Shown here: piece by piece, positions 25,452-35,775 of the stretch
Position numbering within the stretch: the stretch's first letter is position 1
How the letters are laid out: every line of letters starts with the position of its first letter
DNA from: a virus
Direction: 5' to 3' (one strand)
Virus record (IMG/VR): IMGVR_UViG_3300050821_010764
Coordinates: 1-64,000 of that record
Length of the DNA: 64,000 bases
Made by a program: the position numbers and the translations under genes
Notes under the pieces: model-generated
Database searches by the model: none
What the model was told of the DNA's origin: nothing
What the model saw: the letters and a program-made list of their open reading frames with translations, nothing else

Positions 25452-26797
25452 TGCAAACAGTTCGTCCCGATAATCTACTAGAGGTAGATAATCTCATTGA
25501 TAGTTTCTTGAAAAAGCATGAGCAAGGTATTGCTACTTTGCATCGTATCTATTTTCATAACAGTGATCAGTTGTCCATTCGCGCTTTAGTGGCGGAACTA
25601 ATGGATGAATTGAGGACGGGCTGCGTTACTTTTTTGAATAAAGATTCTTCTATGGAAGAGTTAGATGCTTATCTGTTTTATATTGTCAATGATTTTGCCA
25701 AGAAGAAAGCAGCTTCGCACGCCAAAAGAAAAACAGAGTACCTGTGCCCCGGTTGTCTCGTTTCTGGTAAAGAAAATCTAATCTTCATCATCAATAAGTT
25801 TTTTAGGTGCGAAGATTGTGAAGCAGAATTACGTAGCGCAACCGACCCTAAAAGAGTTGCCTTCTATCGTACCTTCTATAAACATAATAAGAATGGCTAC
25901 AGATGTTCGGACTGTGAGCGATTTATTCCACATCCTATCGATGATTCTCCGGTGGTATCCTGTCCCTATTTCGACTGTGTTTTTGTAGGAGCTTGGTCAT
26001 CTCTCAGACGAATGCACCATCCCAACTCTCAAAGTAATGTAGAGATGTTAACTTTGGATGCCGATCAAGGTGGGCAGTGTTGGAAAAATGTCATTCCAGA
26101 CTACGCCATGGATCCACAGAATCAGTTGTTAGAGCAAGAACAACTAGATAATAATGTCAAACTTCTCAAAGAAGTGATTGACTCTCAGAGTACCAGCATT
26201 CATTATAGTAGTTCTGAGTTTACTGTCAAACATAAATGTTTAGTATATGAAGCTTTCAAGAAACTACTGAAAAAGTATCCCGAAGGAATGGTAGAGTATC
26301 TGCTGTATGGCAGTAGGTCAGGCGGTTTCCAACATAAAGCTTTTCAAGAATACATTAATTTATTGGAGGCATCCATTCCCTTCTCTTTTAATAAGGGGAA
26401 GAAGCCTTATAAGGTAGAATCCCTGTTGGACCCTAATCTTAATCTATTTGATGGTATTAGTGTGTTTGAGGGAATGGTTTCTGATAAACTAGAAATCAAA
26501 AATGGAACCAAAGAATTTTATGTAGGCGGCAGAAAAGCCGCTTACACTCAACCATATTTCATGGGCAAAATTCTAAGCATTACTGAAAAGACCAGTAAAG
26601 CACCGCTAACCGATCATATTGAAGAATATAGTTTTATCAAAATCAAAATGAGGGATATAGATCCTGGTACAGAGGTTATTGTTACTCATTTAAGAGTGCC
26701 TCCACACTATCAGATGGGCGGTATGGTTCACGTCAATCGAATAAGAAAAAAGATTGTAGACCGCGCCCACCTTCTGAAAAAAGGCTACAATGAATAA
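25451..26797 (+). CDS. Hypothetical Zn-finger protein, possibly divergent sigma-factor-like
   Basis: CPGC, CEDC, CSDC and CPYFDC; weak sigma region 2/3-like segments. Confidence 0.55.
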   Translation: MQTVRPDNLLEVDNLIDSFLKKHEQGIATLHRIYFHNSDQLSIRALVAELMDELRTGCVTFLNKDSSMEELDAYLFYIVNDFAKKKAASHAKRKTEYLCPGCLVSGKENLIFIINKFFRCEDCEAELRSATDPKRVAFYRTFYKHNKNGYRCSDCERFIPHPIDDSPVVSCPYFDCVFVGAWSSLRRMHHPNSQSNVEMLTLDADQGGQCWKNVIPDYAMDPQNQLLEQEQLDNNVKLLKEVIDSQSTSIHYSSSEFTVKHKCLVYEAFKKLLKKYPEGMVEYLLYGSRSGGFQHKAFQEYINLLEASIPFSFNKGKKPYKVESLLDPNLNLFDGISVFEGMVSDKLEIKNGTKEFYVGGRKAAYTQPYFMGKILSITEKTSKAPLTDHIEEYSFIKIKMRDIDPGTEVIVTHLRVPPHYQMGGMVHVNRIRKKIVDRAHLLKKGYNE

Positions 26798-27257
26798 AGC
26801 TCAATACGCAGTATATGATGTATACAAGCCTGAGACTAATTACATAAAGCTATCTACACCTTTTTTGGTAAAATCTCGTTGTAAGTTTTGTCGAGGATTA
26901 CCTATGCATTACTACTACATCAAAAGCCGTGGATTGTATCAAGATCCTAGCAAATTGGTGCAATGGTTTCAGGATGTTTCAAAACATTTTAAGAGAATGT
27001 GTACGGAACACTATTTTTTGAGTGAGCCACGATACTGTGGTGGAATGGCGAATTTTTCGCAGACTCCCTTTTACAAAGGATATAATCCAACACTACACCG
27101 CACTCGTGGTGTTAGCAACTCATCTGAAATGTCAGAATTTCTAATGTGTGAATGTGGCGGGACCTCTTGGGCGTTTAGAAACAAAGCCGTCAAGAACCGA
27201 CCTGAAATTGTTAATAGGAAGTCTCGTAAAAATTTCCCTCAAAAATTCGAATTTTGA
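26790..27257 (+). CDS. Hypothetical Zn-binding protein
   Basis: CKFC ... CECG. Confidence 0.65.
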   Translation: MNKAQYAVYDVYKPETNYIKLSTPFLVKSRCKFCRGLPMHYYYIKSRGLYQDPSKLVQWFQDVSKHFKRMCTEHYFLSEPRYCGGMANFSQTPFYKGYNPTLHRTRGVSNSSEMSEFLMCECGGTSWAFRNKAVKNRPEIVNRKSRKNFPQKFEF

Positions 27258-27661
27258 AAGGATAACACAGAAAGTTTATTTTTAACCTGATGTTCTAGAG
27301 TTAGGAAGTTATCAGATAATTCTTCAAAGAGTTTCCACTGACGATTGATTAATCGGTAGCAAGAATAGTAAGATAATCTAGCTACTGTGTCATAATAGTC
27401 TTTGCTAGCAAATCTAAGGTGGTCGGGCGCTAAAGTATTAGCGAAAAAAATCCAATCTCCTAAATTCTGGTAGGTTAAAAAATCTTGATTACTGCGGGCT
27501 TGCGCAAACTGCAAAGTGACACTATCTTTAGAGAGATCGAACTGCGCGGTTTTATATTTTCCGTAAATACTGATGATATAAGCTTTAGTGTCGCGTTGAC
27601 ATTTCAAATCGTCGAGCATTTCCTCAAAAAAGTTAGTAATGTTTCTATGAGTAGTATCCAT
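27239..27661 (-). CDS. Hypothetical protein
   Basis: 140-aa ORF. Confidence 0.7.
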   Translation of the reverse strand: MDTTHRNITNFFEEMLDDLKCQRDTKAYIISIYGKYKTAQFDLSKDSVTLQFAQARSNQDFLTYQNLGDWIFFANTLAPDHLRFASKDYYDTVARLSYYSCYRLINRQWKLFEELSDNFLTLEHQVKNKLSVLSFQNSNF

Positions 27662-27701
27662 TCTCTCATACAGAAATATTGAAAGACATTCCGGAGATTA
27701 C

Positions 27702-29489
27702 ATGAAAACATTAGTAATAGTTGAGTCCCCAGCCAAGGGTCAGAAGATTCAAGAGTATTTGGGCAAAGACTATATCGTTATGGCAAGCAAGGGACATATT
27801 ACTGATCTTGCTAAAGGTGGTAAGCATGGTTTAGGGGTTGATATCGACAATAATTTCAAACCACGCTATGTTCTCTCGGAAGATCGTTTGGATATCATGG
27901 ATGATTTGCTGGCAGCCGCCAAAAGAGTCGACCGTATCTTGGTGGCATCCGACCCCGATAGAGAGGGCGAAGCTATCGCTTGGCATTTGGCTGACCGTTT
28001 AGCCGATACTGGCAAACCAATTAAGAGAATGGTTTTTAATAAAATCAAGAAGGATGCCATTCAAAAAGCTTTAAAAGAGATTCGAGATATTGATATTGAT
28101 CTATTCCATTCGCAGGAAGCTCGCCGCATCCTAGACCGTTTGGTGGGGTTTATGGCATCGCCTTTCTTGATGAATTTCTTTGGTCCCAAATTGTCCGCAG
28201 GACGCGTTCAGTCGGTAGTGACCCGCATGGTTATTGACCGTGAACGTGAAATTGAGAATTTCGTTCCAGAAAACTTTTGGACTATTCAAGCTAAACTGAC
28301 TAAAGACTCTAAGGAAAGTTTCGTTGCAAAGTATATTAACAAGATCACTACCCTGGCAGATGCTAATGCAGCACAGACCGCTTTGGATGTGAAAGATTAC
28401 GTTATTTCTGATGTGATAGTAGATGAGGAAAAGAAGTCTCCTCAAGCCCCGCTAGTTACCTCTACCCTTCAGCGTTTGATGTCTAAAATGCATGGATTTG
28501 ATGCTGAGCGCACTATGAAGGCAGCACAGGTATTATATGAAAGTGGCTATGTTTCCTACATTAGAACTGACTCTGTTAGAGTGGGAGATGAGGATATCAC
28601 TAATGTCCGTCAATGGCTGAAGGATAACAAGCATGCCGTTCCAGCTAAACCTAACTCTTTCCCGAATAGAGACGCGGCTCAGGATGCCCACGAATGTATT
28701 CATCCGACTGATTTGAGTTTGTTACCGAATCAAAATTACGCTATCATCAATCCTGATGAGAAAGCCGTCTATGAGATTATCTGGAAGTGCTTTGTGGCAA
28801 GCCAGATGAACCCGGCAGTCTACGATACTTTGAGCGTAACAGCTCATCCACAGGGTAATCCTAAGGCTAAGGTCAGAGCAACTGGCAAGGCTCTTAAGAG
28901 CAAGGGCTATTTGGATATCCTAGGAATTGATGATACTCAATCAATTGATATTCCTACTTTGAAAGTAGGAGAGATTGTTCATTTAACTGGTAAGGGCGCT
29001 CTCAAAATGGAAAAGAAATCCACGCAGCCTCCGCCACGTTTTTCAGAAGATAAGCTAATTAAAGAATTGGTTAACCGAAATATTGGCAGACCCGCGACAT
29101 ATGCTGAATTGTTAAGCAAGATTACTTCACGTCTCTATGTAGAGAAGAAGGGTAACGTTTATCACGCTACCGATTTAGGTAAGCAAATTACCGATGTATT
29201 AACCAAATTCTTCACTTTTATGGATTACAATTATACTGCCAAGATGGAACAGCAGTTGGATGAAATTGAAAGTGGAAAAGTAAATCATGTTGATATGTTG
29301 AAAAAGTTTTTTCCAGAATTCAAAAAGGAACTTGACAAGGCATATCTAGGTCATGGCGGCACCCTGTGCAAAGATTGTGGCAGCCCCATGTCAGTTCGCA
29401 CTACCAAGACTGGAGATAAGTTTCTTGGTTGTTCCAATTATCCGAAGTGCCGATGTACCATTAATCTTGGTGCTTCCCCAGCAGCGTAA
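27702..29489 (+). CDS. topA: DNA topoisomerase I (type IA)
   Basis: LVIVESPAK, SDPDREGEAI, SAGRVQS, YIRTDS, IGRPATYA and a C-terminal Zn ribbon. Confidence 0.95.
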   Translation: MKTLVIVESPAKGQKIQEYLGKDYIVMASKGHITDLAKGGKHGLGVDIDNNFKPRYVLSEDRLDIMDDLLAAAKRVDRILVASDPDREGEAIAWHLADRLADTGKPIKRMVFNKIKKDAIQKALKEIRDIDIDLFHSQEARRILDRLVGFMASPFLMNFFGPKLSAGRVQSVVTRMVIDREREIENFVPENFWTIQAKLTKDSKESFVAKYINKITTLADANAAQTALDVKDYVISDVIVDEEKKSPQAPLVTSTLQRLMSKMHGFDAERTMKAAQVLYESGYVSYIRTDSVRVGDEDITNVRQWLKDNKHAVPAKPNSFPNRDAAQDAHECIHPTDLSLLPNQNYAIINPDEKAVYEIIWKCFVASQMNPAVYDTLSVTAHPQGNPKAKVRATGKALKSKGYLDILGIDDTQSIDIPTLKVGEIVHLTGKGALKMEKKSTQPPPRFSEDKLIKELVNRNIGRPATYAELLSKITSRLYVEKKGNVYHATDLGKQITDVLTKFFTFMDYNYTAKMEQQLDEIESGKVNHVDMLKKFFPEFKKELDKAYLGHGGTLCKDCGSPMSVRTTKTGDKFLGCSNYPKCRCTINLGASPAA

Positions 29490-29519
29490 CGTTTTTAGAA
29501 AGAACGAGCTATCGATTAC

Positions 29520-30848
29520 ATGAGTAATAAACTAACTGAGAAAAAAGACTATTTGACTCCTGACAAACTAGAAGGTCAGGAACATCTTTCTTTGCAACAA
29601 CTAGCGAAGCTAGTTCCTTCAACTGGAAAATATCCAGTTGATTTTGGTGTGCCCCGCCCACCAGCTAACTTCATCGATTTGATGAACTGGACGGCTGATC
29701 AATTCAGTCCTGCTCTTAAGGATCAAACCCTCTTAAACAAGTTTGTTCACAACCGCATTATTGTTGACGGACAATTTTTGCATTTCTGTAAAGATAATGG
29801 GGTGACCGTAGAGTGTCTGTATAAAGACTCTATCATTTCCTGGAAGACCGATCATAACTATGAGAAGTTCTTTGCCCAGGGTGTTTTTCTCATCAAGGCT
29901 AAAGGACTAGAATTCCTTCATGCAGCCCTTTTCCACAAAGGTAATCAAAACGAAGATGAGATTAGCTTCTTTGTTATCTGTTCAGAAAAGAACTATGAGG
30001 CTTACGTCAAGTTGCGCAATCAGTTTGATGAGTGGGTACAAGAGCGAGACCGTAGCAACCTACACATTCGTGTGATTGACGGCGAGGATATTCCTTATAC
30101 CAAGGACGCTTCTTGGGAAGAATTATTCTTGCCCGAGGACATTAAAAATGAATTAAAGGGATTAGTGGAGAATTTCCTATCTTCTAAGGATTTCTATCTG
30201 GAGAAGAAGATTCCTTGGAAGCGCGGTTTCTTGTTGTATGGCAAGCCGGGCAATGGCAAGACCTCTATCATCCGCACTATTATGTCGGAGTACAACTTTA
30301 AGCCAGTTACCATTGTACCTGGTGCCAACGATGAGGCAGTAAGAGAAGCGTTTTCATACGCAGAAGAACAAAGCCCTTCGTTGCTTTATTTTGAAGATTT
30401 AGATTCCCTCCTGGAAAAAAGCGTGGATATCTCTTCTTTCTTGAATTTGATGGATGGTATCTCTACCAAGAATGGATTACTGGTAATAGCGACAGCTAAT
30501 GATGTCAAAAAGCTAAAAACCAATATTACCCAGAGACCATCTAGGTTTGATAGAAAGTTTGAGATTCCTCTACCAAATCAAGAAATGGCTTATATATATC
30601 TTAAGAGATGGTTTGGTAATATCATTAGTACCCAGAAGGTGCGTGAGCTTGCCAAATACGCTGAAAAGTACGAGTTTTCTTATGCTTACTTAAAAGAACT
30701 TTACATCTCTTCGATGTTCGAGGCTTTGGCACACAACCGCAAGGCGCCGACTGTCAAGGATGTAGATAATACGCTGCAACGTCTGGTGAAAGACAAAAAC
30801 ATTTTGAATAACGGTAGTTCCATCAACACGGATAAGTATTTCAAGTGA
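29520..30848 (+). CDS. AAA+ ATPase
   Basis: PWKRGFLLYGKPGNGKT, LYFEDLD, LNLMDG and RPSRFDRK. Confidence 0.88.
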   Translation: MSNKLTEKKDYLTPDKLEGQEHLSLQQLAKLVPSTGKYPVDFGVPRPPANFIDLMNWTADQFSPALKDQTLLNKFVHNRIIVDGQFLHFCKDNGVTVECLYKDSIISWKTDHNYEKFFAQGVFLIKAKGLEFLHAALFHKGNQNEDEISFFVICSEKNYEAYVKLRNQFDEWVQERDRSNLHIRVIDGEDIPYTKDASWEELFLPEDIKNELKGLVENFLSSKDFYLEKKIPWKRGFLLYGKPGNGKTSIIRTIMSEYNFKPVTIVPGANDEAVREAFSYAEEQSPSLLYFEDLDSLLEKSVDISSFLNLMDGISTKNGLLVIATANDVKKLKTNITQRPSRFDRKFEIPLPNQEMAYIYLKRWFGNIISTQKVRELAKYAEKYEFSYAYLKELYISSMFEALAHNRKAPTVKDVDNTLQRLVKDKNILNNGSSINTDKYFK

Positions 30849-30871
30849 AGGTTAAAACGGGTCATTGATTC

Positions 30872-31249
30872 ATGAAAGACAATAGAGATTACAAAAAACC
30901 AAGGAGAAACTCCTTCAAGAAGGCGCCGAAGGGAGGTGAAACTCAGCCAGTCGTCGTCACCGACAAATTCGCACATATTGAACCTGTGCAAGCCCAACCC
31001 TTGGAAGTCAAAGTCTATCATAACAATTTTGACAAAGCTCTTAGAGCATTTAGGGCATTAGTCCAAAAGGAAAGAATCCTTTCGGCATATAAAGAGAAGC
31101 AATCGTACGAGAAGCCCTCTAATAAACGTAGGAGAAAACGTAACGAGATGAAGAGAAAGCGTCTTGAACTAGAGAATCCTAGACCACCACGTGAGTCTAA
31201 GAAATCTAATTTCAAACGCAAACCTAAATCTGACGGTTCTCCAGAATAA
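30872..31249 (+). CDS. rpsU: Ribosomal protein bS21 with N- and C-terminal extensions
   Basis: EVKV..NNFDKALRAF...VQKE.IL...K.KQSYEKPS.KRRRK. Confidence 0.85.
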   Translation: MKDNRDYKKPRRNSFKKAPKGGETQPVVVTDKFAHIEPVQAQPLEVKVYHNNFDKALRAFRALVQKERILSAYKEKQSYEKPSNKRRRKRNEMKRKRLELENPRPPRESKKSNFKRKPKSDGSPE

Positions 31250-31260
31250 CTGGAAACAGC

Positions 31261-32028
31261 ATGTCAACTAATGGAAAAGTAAAAGTCTACAAAAATCCTG
31301 AAAGACAAAGGACTGTCGCATATAAACCCTATGTGCCACAGTATCAGCAAATGGGTGTTGAACCGGAAGAGTACAGAAGTCCTCTAGCCCCGGGGTATAG
31401 CATTCCTAAACCTGCTCCTGGTTCCAAGGATAATCCACGTGCTCCACGTGCCCACATTCGTCGTCAGCAACCTTATGCTGAGGCGGTTCCATCTCCCATT
31501 GGGAGAGGAAAAGGACCTATTCCCAATGTCGGCAATAACATGGAACAAACTTGGTCTAGTGTGGATGGAGAGATCATTGATGATATCTCCGTAGATACTA
31601 GCCAGCCCATGGTTGATAATAATGAGTTTGTCAGTGCAGCTGCCCTCGGACTGCCTGAAGACTCTGTTTTGGAAATCCAAGAAGAGGAAGTAGAGCCAGA
31701 AGAAGAATTGCCCACTTTAGATGAAGTGGCTAATCCGCCTCCTAAAAAGTTCACTTCTGAAGAAAAGACATTCCTGACAGAGAATGAACTACATAACGCT
31801 CTCAAAGAAGAATACACTACTACTGTACTTAAACAACTCGAAGAAGAAGAATTTCTACTATTAGTTAACGGCGATGCCGTTTGTTCCGGTCCTTCTGACT
31901 ATATTCAAGAACAAACTAGAGCAATGGTATTTGGAGAACATGAGTTATATCATGGAAATCCTGTTCCAGTCGATGATATAGTAGTATTAAAGAGAGTCAA
32001 GATTAAGGTTGGAGTATTCTTGGAATAA
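31261..32028 (+). CDS. Hypothetical protein
   Basis: 255-aa ORF. Confidence 0.7.
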   Translation: MSTNGKVKVYKNPERQRTVAYKPYVPQYQQMGVEPEEYRSPLAPGYSIPKPAPGSKDNPRAPRAHIRRQQPYAEAVPSPIGRGKGPIPNVGNNMEQTWSSVDGEIIDDISVDTSQPMVDNNEFVSAAALGLPEDSVLEIQEEEVEPEEELPTLDEVANPPPKKFTSEEKTFLTENELHNALKEEYTTTVLKQLEEEEFLLLVNGDAVCSGPSDYIQEQTRAMVFGEHELYHGNPVPVDDIVVLKRVKIKVGVFLE

Positions 32029-32037
32029 GGAGTAGTT

Positions 32038-32874
32038 TTGGAGAACGTACCGCGTAAAGCCTCAGATATTTTGTTAGAGCTTGAAAAGAAGCTTGATGTG
32101 GCTTTGAGTATCATTCGTACTCAAGACCTAAACATTAAGATTTTATCCAATAAACTGAACACGGTAATGGAAGCGTTGGAAAAACAATCCAAAGCTCCAC
32201 AAAAGATTACTGTGGAAGCAGTCAATACTGCCCGCCCGATTCCAAATCCTCCAGTCTCGCCATTTCAACCAGTTATGGAATTTGATCCTAATCGCCAAAT
32301 TCCAGTTCATGCTGAAGCTAGGCTACCACTAGAAATGGAACCTAATGGGTTCCGAAGAACATCTCGTCCCGAAACCTTTGCCGGCGATGATGCTTATCTG
32401 CCACAATCTTCCAGTCAAGCGGAAACCAAATTCCCAGTTCAAATGCCAAAAGCCCCACCAGGTCGAAGGGCTCCTAATGATCCTCCTCCAGGTCGAGAGG
32501 GAGAGATTACAGTTCCGACCGCTGCTACCAAACAAAAACCAACGGCTCCTACACAAAAACAACAGAGCCAACAGCCGCGTACTCAGAGCATCGTACAAAA
32601 TGCCATTCCGGTTATGCAACGAGCAGTTGATGGTCAAGGTAAGTCTTTGTTCTTGGCAGATGTGGAAATCATTGACTCTCAAACCATGCAGTCTATTTTT
32701 AAGACCAGAACCAATGGAACTGGTAAATGGATGGCTTCGTTAGGTATTGGAAACTACCGTATCATTATTCGTAAGATGGAAAAGCTGAATAACACCAGAC
32801 GTGAAGTAACGCAGGATATCATGGTTGACGGCAGCCAATCTCCATTCGAATTACAGACCATTATTATTAAGTAA
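32038..32874 (+). CDS. Hypothetical protein (coiled coil, Pro-rich linker, C-terminal beta-sandwich-like domain)
   Basis: 278-aa ORF; AGGAG SD before TTG start. Confidence 0.7.
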   Translation: MENVPRKASDILLELEKKLDVALSIIRTQDLNIKILSNKLNTVMEALEKQSKAPQKITVEAVNTARPIPNPPVSPFQPVMEFDPNRQIPVHAEARLPLEMEPNGFRRTSRPETFAGDDAYLPQSSSQAETKFPVQMPKAPPGRRAPNDPPPGREGEITVPTAATKQKPTAPTQKQQSQQPRTQSIVQNAIPVMQRAVDGQGKSLFLADVEIIDSQTMQSIFKTRTNGTGKWMASLGIGNYRIIIRKMEKLNNTRREVTQDIMVDGSQSPFELQTIIIK

Positions 32875-32892
32875 ACATTTAGGATTGACAAT

Positions 32893-33615
32893 ATGAAATT
32901 CCGTGTCATTGTGGCAGATCCACCATGGTCGTTCCATGATTCTCTCAAAATGTCCGACGTGGCAAGAGGGGCTTCCTCCAATTACCAGGTCATGACAAAT
33001 TCTGATATTGAACGGCTGCCCGTAAAAGACTTTATCTCGCCGACCGGGACTGTCTTGGCTCTCTGGGTTCCATCCTCCCTGTTACAAGAGGGATTGAACA
33101 CCATGAAGGCTTGGGGATTCGCACACAAGCAGACGTACGTGTGGGTGAAAGTTAAAAATGATCCACTTAAAAATTTGCGCAGTTTATTCCTTGATGTGTG
33201 GAAAATACAAGATGCATTTAAAGAACAAATTTCTGTTACCAAGTTCTTTAAAAATATGAAGAAATCTATTCTGTCTATTACCGATTTCAATAAATTAAGA
33301 GATGTTTTGGCTTTTGGGATGGGTCGATTGTTTAGGCAGACTCACGAAATATGTTTAATAGGCACTAGCGATAGTAAGATATATAAAGCACTGAAGAATA
33401 AGTCACAGCGTTCGGTTAGTTTTGCACCCAACCTGAAGCACTCTTCCAAACCCGAGGATCTGCAAGATTCCTTGGAGATTATGTTCCCCAGCGGTAATAG
33501 GCTGGAAATGTTCGCACGTAGGCATCGTCCAGGGTGGACCTGTCTAGGTAACGAAATTTGCAATGGCGAGGATATCAGGGACTCGCTGGCAAAATTAAAA
33601 ATACCAAAACCTTGA
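32893..33615 (+). CDS. MT-A70 family adenine methyltransferase
   Basis: VIVADPPW, LALWV, AWGF, HSSKP, LEMFAR and GWTCLGNE. Confidence 0.9.
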   Translation: MKFRVIVADPPWSFHDSLKMSDVARGASSNYQVMTNSDIERLPVKDFISPTGTVLALWVPSSLLQEGLNTMKAWGFAHKQTYVWVKVKNDPLKNLRSLFLDVWKIQDAFKEQISVTKFFKNMKKSILSITDFNKLRDVLAFGMGRLFRQTHEICLIGTSDSKIYKALKNKSQRSVSFAPNLKHSSKPEDLQDSLEIMFPSGNRLEMFARRHRPGWTCLGNEICNGEDIRDSLAKLKIPKP

Positions 33616-33647
33616 CAATTTAATTTCGGAGGATTATTGCTGTCATC

Positions 33648-34160
33648 ATGAGTAAGAAAACGTTATTACTAAATGCTAGCTACGAGGTGCTTTCTTTCAT
33701 TCCAGAAAGGAAAGTCTTCAAGCTCTTGTTTAAAGACAAGGTAGAGGTCATCTCAGCTTGGGACGAGTATATCATCTGGGGTTCCGGAAGATTACAGCAC
33801 CCTTCTATTTTGAGATTGAAGAATCATGTTAAGAGAAACTACTTCAACTCTAACTTCAGTCGTAAGGCTTTGGTTAAAAGAGATAGAAGCACTTGTCAAT
33901 ACTGTGGCAAGAAGCTAACGGCATCTCAAATCACCATCGACCACGTCTTGCCTCGCGCTCAAGGGGGTATTACGTCGTTTACCAACTGTGTGGTTTGCTG
34001 CCAAGTCTGTAACAATAGAAAGGCAGACAAGACGCCAGAACAGGCAAACATGGTTTTGTTAAAGAGACCAACGCATCCGTCCTTCTCTGCACATCACTAT
34101 GTCGCTGATCCACAAGAACATTGGCATAAGGATTGGGACGATTTTTTGGGTAACTCCTAA
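33648..34160 (+). CDS. HNH endonuclease
   Basis: LLLNASY, RDRSTCQYCG, TIDHVLPRAQGG and CCQVCNNRKADKTPEQA. Confidence 0.9.
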   Translation: MSKKTLLLNASYEVLSFIPERKVFKLLFKDKVEVISAWDEYIIWGSGRLQHPSILRLKNHVKRNYFNSNFSRKALVKRDRSTCQYCGKKLTASQITIDHVLPRAQGGITSFTNCVVCCQVCNNRKADKTPEQANMVLLKRPTHPSFSAHHYVADPQEHWHKDWDDFLGNS

Positions 34161-34330
34161 TCAACTGTAATTAGTTGATTAGATGGTGATTTACCCGGAG
34201 AAATGTCATTTTCTCAGAAAAGATGGACTAATTGCATCGGTTGGAGGGGATAATGTGAAGAATATTATCCCTTTTAACCATGCAATATTACAGAATACTA
34301 TATAGTCTCCCTCGATATATAGGACTGACC

Positions 34331-34576
34331 ATGACCAAGGTAAGCTGTAATTGCATTGTATGCGCTCAAGAATTTGATCCAGATGAACTACAGAACGTAG
34401 CCTTGTCTGCGATTAATGTCACTCCGTTTAAGGTTTGTGAGGCTTGCCTCAACGAATCTAATCCAGAGGACGATTATGCTGAAGTGCGTAAAATTGTCAA
34501 TTCTTACCTGAATTTTTCACAGGCGAAGACTCTATTTGCCGAGGTCAAGGATATTCTAGATTCCAGAAAAAAGTAA
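34331..34576 (+). CDS. Hypothetical Zn-binding protein
   Basis: CIVC ... CEAC; ATG at 34331 after GATATA and AGGA. Confidence 0.65.
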   Translation: MTKVSCNCIVCAQEFDPDELQNVALSAINVTPFKVCEACLNESNPEDDYAEVRKIVNSYLNFSQAKTLFAEVKDILDSRKK

Positions 34577-34732
34577 TCACAGCTCTATAATGATTATGTG
34601 TGACTCTTCTTTTTCTTCATCTTGCTTCGGCACTTCTTGAAGTGGAGGACCAACTTCTATGTATAGAGGTTGAGGCTCATTTTCTTTCTTCTTGGTCTTA
34701 GGATCATGAATGAAAGGATAGAATGTATTCAT
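34577..34732 (-). CDS. Small hypothetical protein (51 aa, not in ORF track)
   Basis: GGAGG SD; MNTFYPFIHDPKTKKKENEPQPLYIEVGPPLQEVPKQDEEKEESHIIIIEL fills the gap exactly. Confidence 0.65.
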   Translation of the reverse strand: MNTFYPFIHDPKTKKKENEPQPLYIEVGPPLQEVPKQDEEKEESHIIIIEL

Positions 34733-34767
34733 AATAACCTCCGCAACTAATATGCAAGAATAGTTAT

Positions 34768-34971
34768 ATGCTCTGTACTAATTGCTCTAAGCTTGCACTC
34801 CTTTATACTAACAAAAAATGTGTCCGCTGTCAAGGTGACGTATTTAATAACCTTTCGGTTTTATGTGAGTCCTGTTCCGCCTCCTCTCAACAGTGTACCG
34901 TTTGCCTAAAAAAGGTAATTTCGGCGGCTCAACGAGCTGCCAATCGAGGCTGTAACTGCGGAGGCAAGTAG
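34768..34971 (+). CDS. Small Cys-rich protein
   Basis: Four CxxC motifs in 67 aa. Confidence 0.65.
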   Translation: MLCTNCSKLALLYTNKKCVRCQGDVFNNLSVLCESCSASSQQCTVCLKKVISAAQRAANRGCNCGGK

Positions 34972-34986
34972 TTATATAGGTAAGAG

Positions 34987-35523
34987 ATGATTATCATAAA
35001 TAACGAAGCAGCTTTACGAGTGAAGTGCGAGGACGTGTCTCCCGAAGAAGTGGGTCAATTGATTCAGACTTTGGAGGCAGAACTAGACTACGCCAATAAA
35101 TTGGGCAAAGGCGGCATTGGATTAGCTGCTCCACAAATTGGTATAGCCAAGAACATTGCTATTGTTCGACTTGGCAGAAATTCGGAATTCAACGTTGACT
35201 TGGTCAACTGTAAGATAGATAAGGGATTTGATCCCGCCGTTTTTAAGGACGAAGGATGTCTATCTTTCCCTGGTCGTGTGGAAACAACTACACGATTTCA
35301 AGAGGTACATATTGTCAATAATCTAGTTTATCCACATACTTTTGTGGCAACTGGATTGATGGCTGTCGTCTGTCAGCATGAGTTGGATCATCTTAATCAA
35401 ACTTTGTTTATGGACAGAAAGCTGCCACCTGTAGCGCCCGTGGTCAGTAAGAAGAAGTCCGGGCCAAATGAGCCTTGTCTATGTGGCTCTGGCAAGAAAA
35501 CCAAGAAATGCTGTAGGAGGTAA
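34987..35523 (+). CDS. def: Peptide deformylase with C-terminal SEC-C motif
   Basis: GIGLAAPQIG, EGCLSFP and QHELDHL; GPNEPCLCGSGKKTKKCC. Confidence 0.93.
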   Translation: MIIINNEAALRVKCEDVSPEEVGQLIQTLEAELDYANKLGKGGIGLAAPQIGIAKNIAIVRLGRNSEFNVDLVNCKIDKGFDPAVFKDEGCLSFPGRVETTTRFQEVHIVNNLVYPHTFVATGLMAVVCQHELDHLNQTLFMDRKLPPVAPVVSKKKSGPNEPCLCGSGKKTKKCCRR

Positions 35524-35526
35524 TCC

Positions 35527-35775
35527 ATGAATAAACAAGAAGCCGAAGAACTAACTAATAGTCTACTAATTGCAGATGCTTTATTGCGCCTCCGAGCCAT
35601 TGAGAATCTCCTTGTCGCCAAGGGAGTTTTTACTCAGGAAGAGTTTTCTAAAGAGATGGAAGTTATTACCGCCCAAATTGCTAAAAGTCTTCTACAAAAG
35701 GCTAATGTGCCAGGCGACCTTGATGAACTTATCAAAGGCTTGCAAGAACAAAGTAAAAAACCAACTGGTAACTAA
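35527..35775 (+). CDS. Hypothetical protein
   Basis: 82-aa ORF with GGAGG SD. Confidence 0.7.
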   Translation: MNKQEAEELTNSLLIADALLRLRAIENLLVAKGVFTQEEFSKEMEVITAQIAKSLLQKANVPGDLDELIKGLQEQSKKPTGN

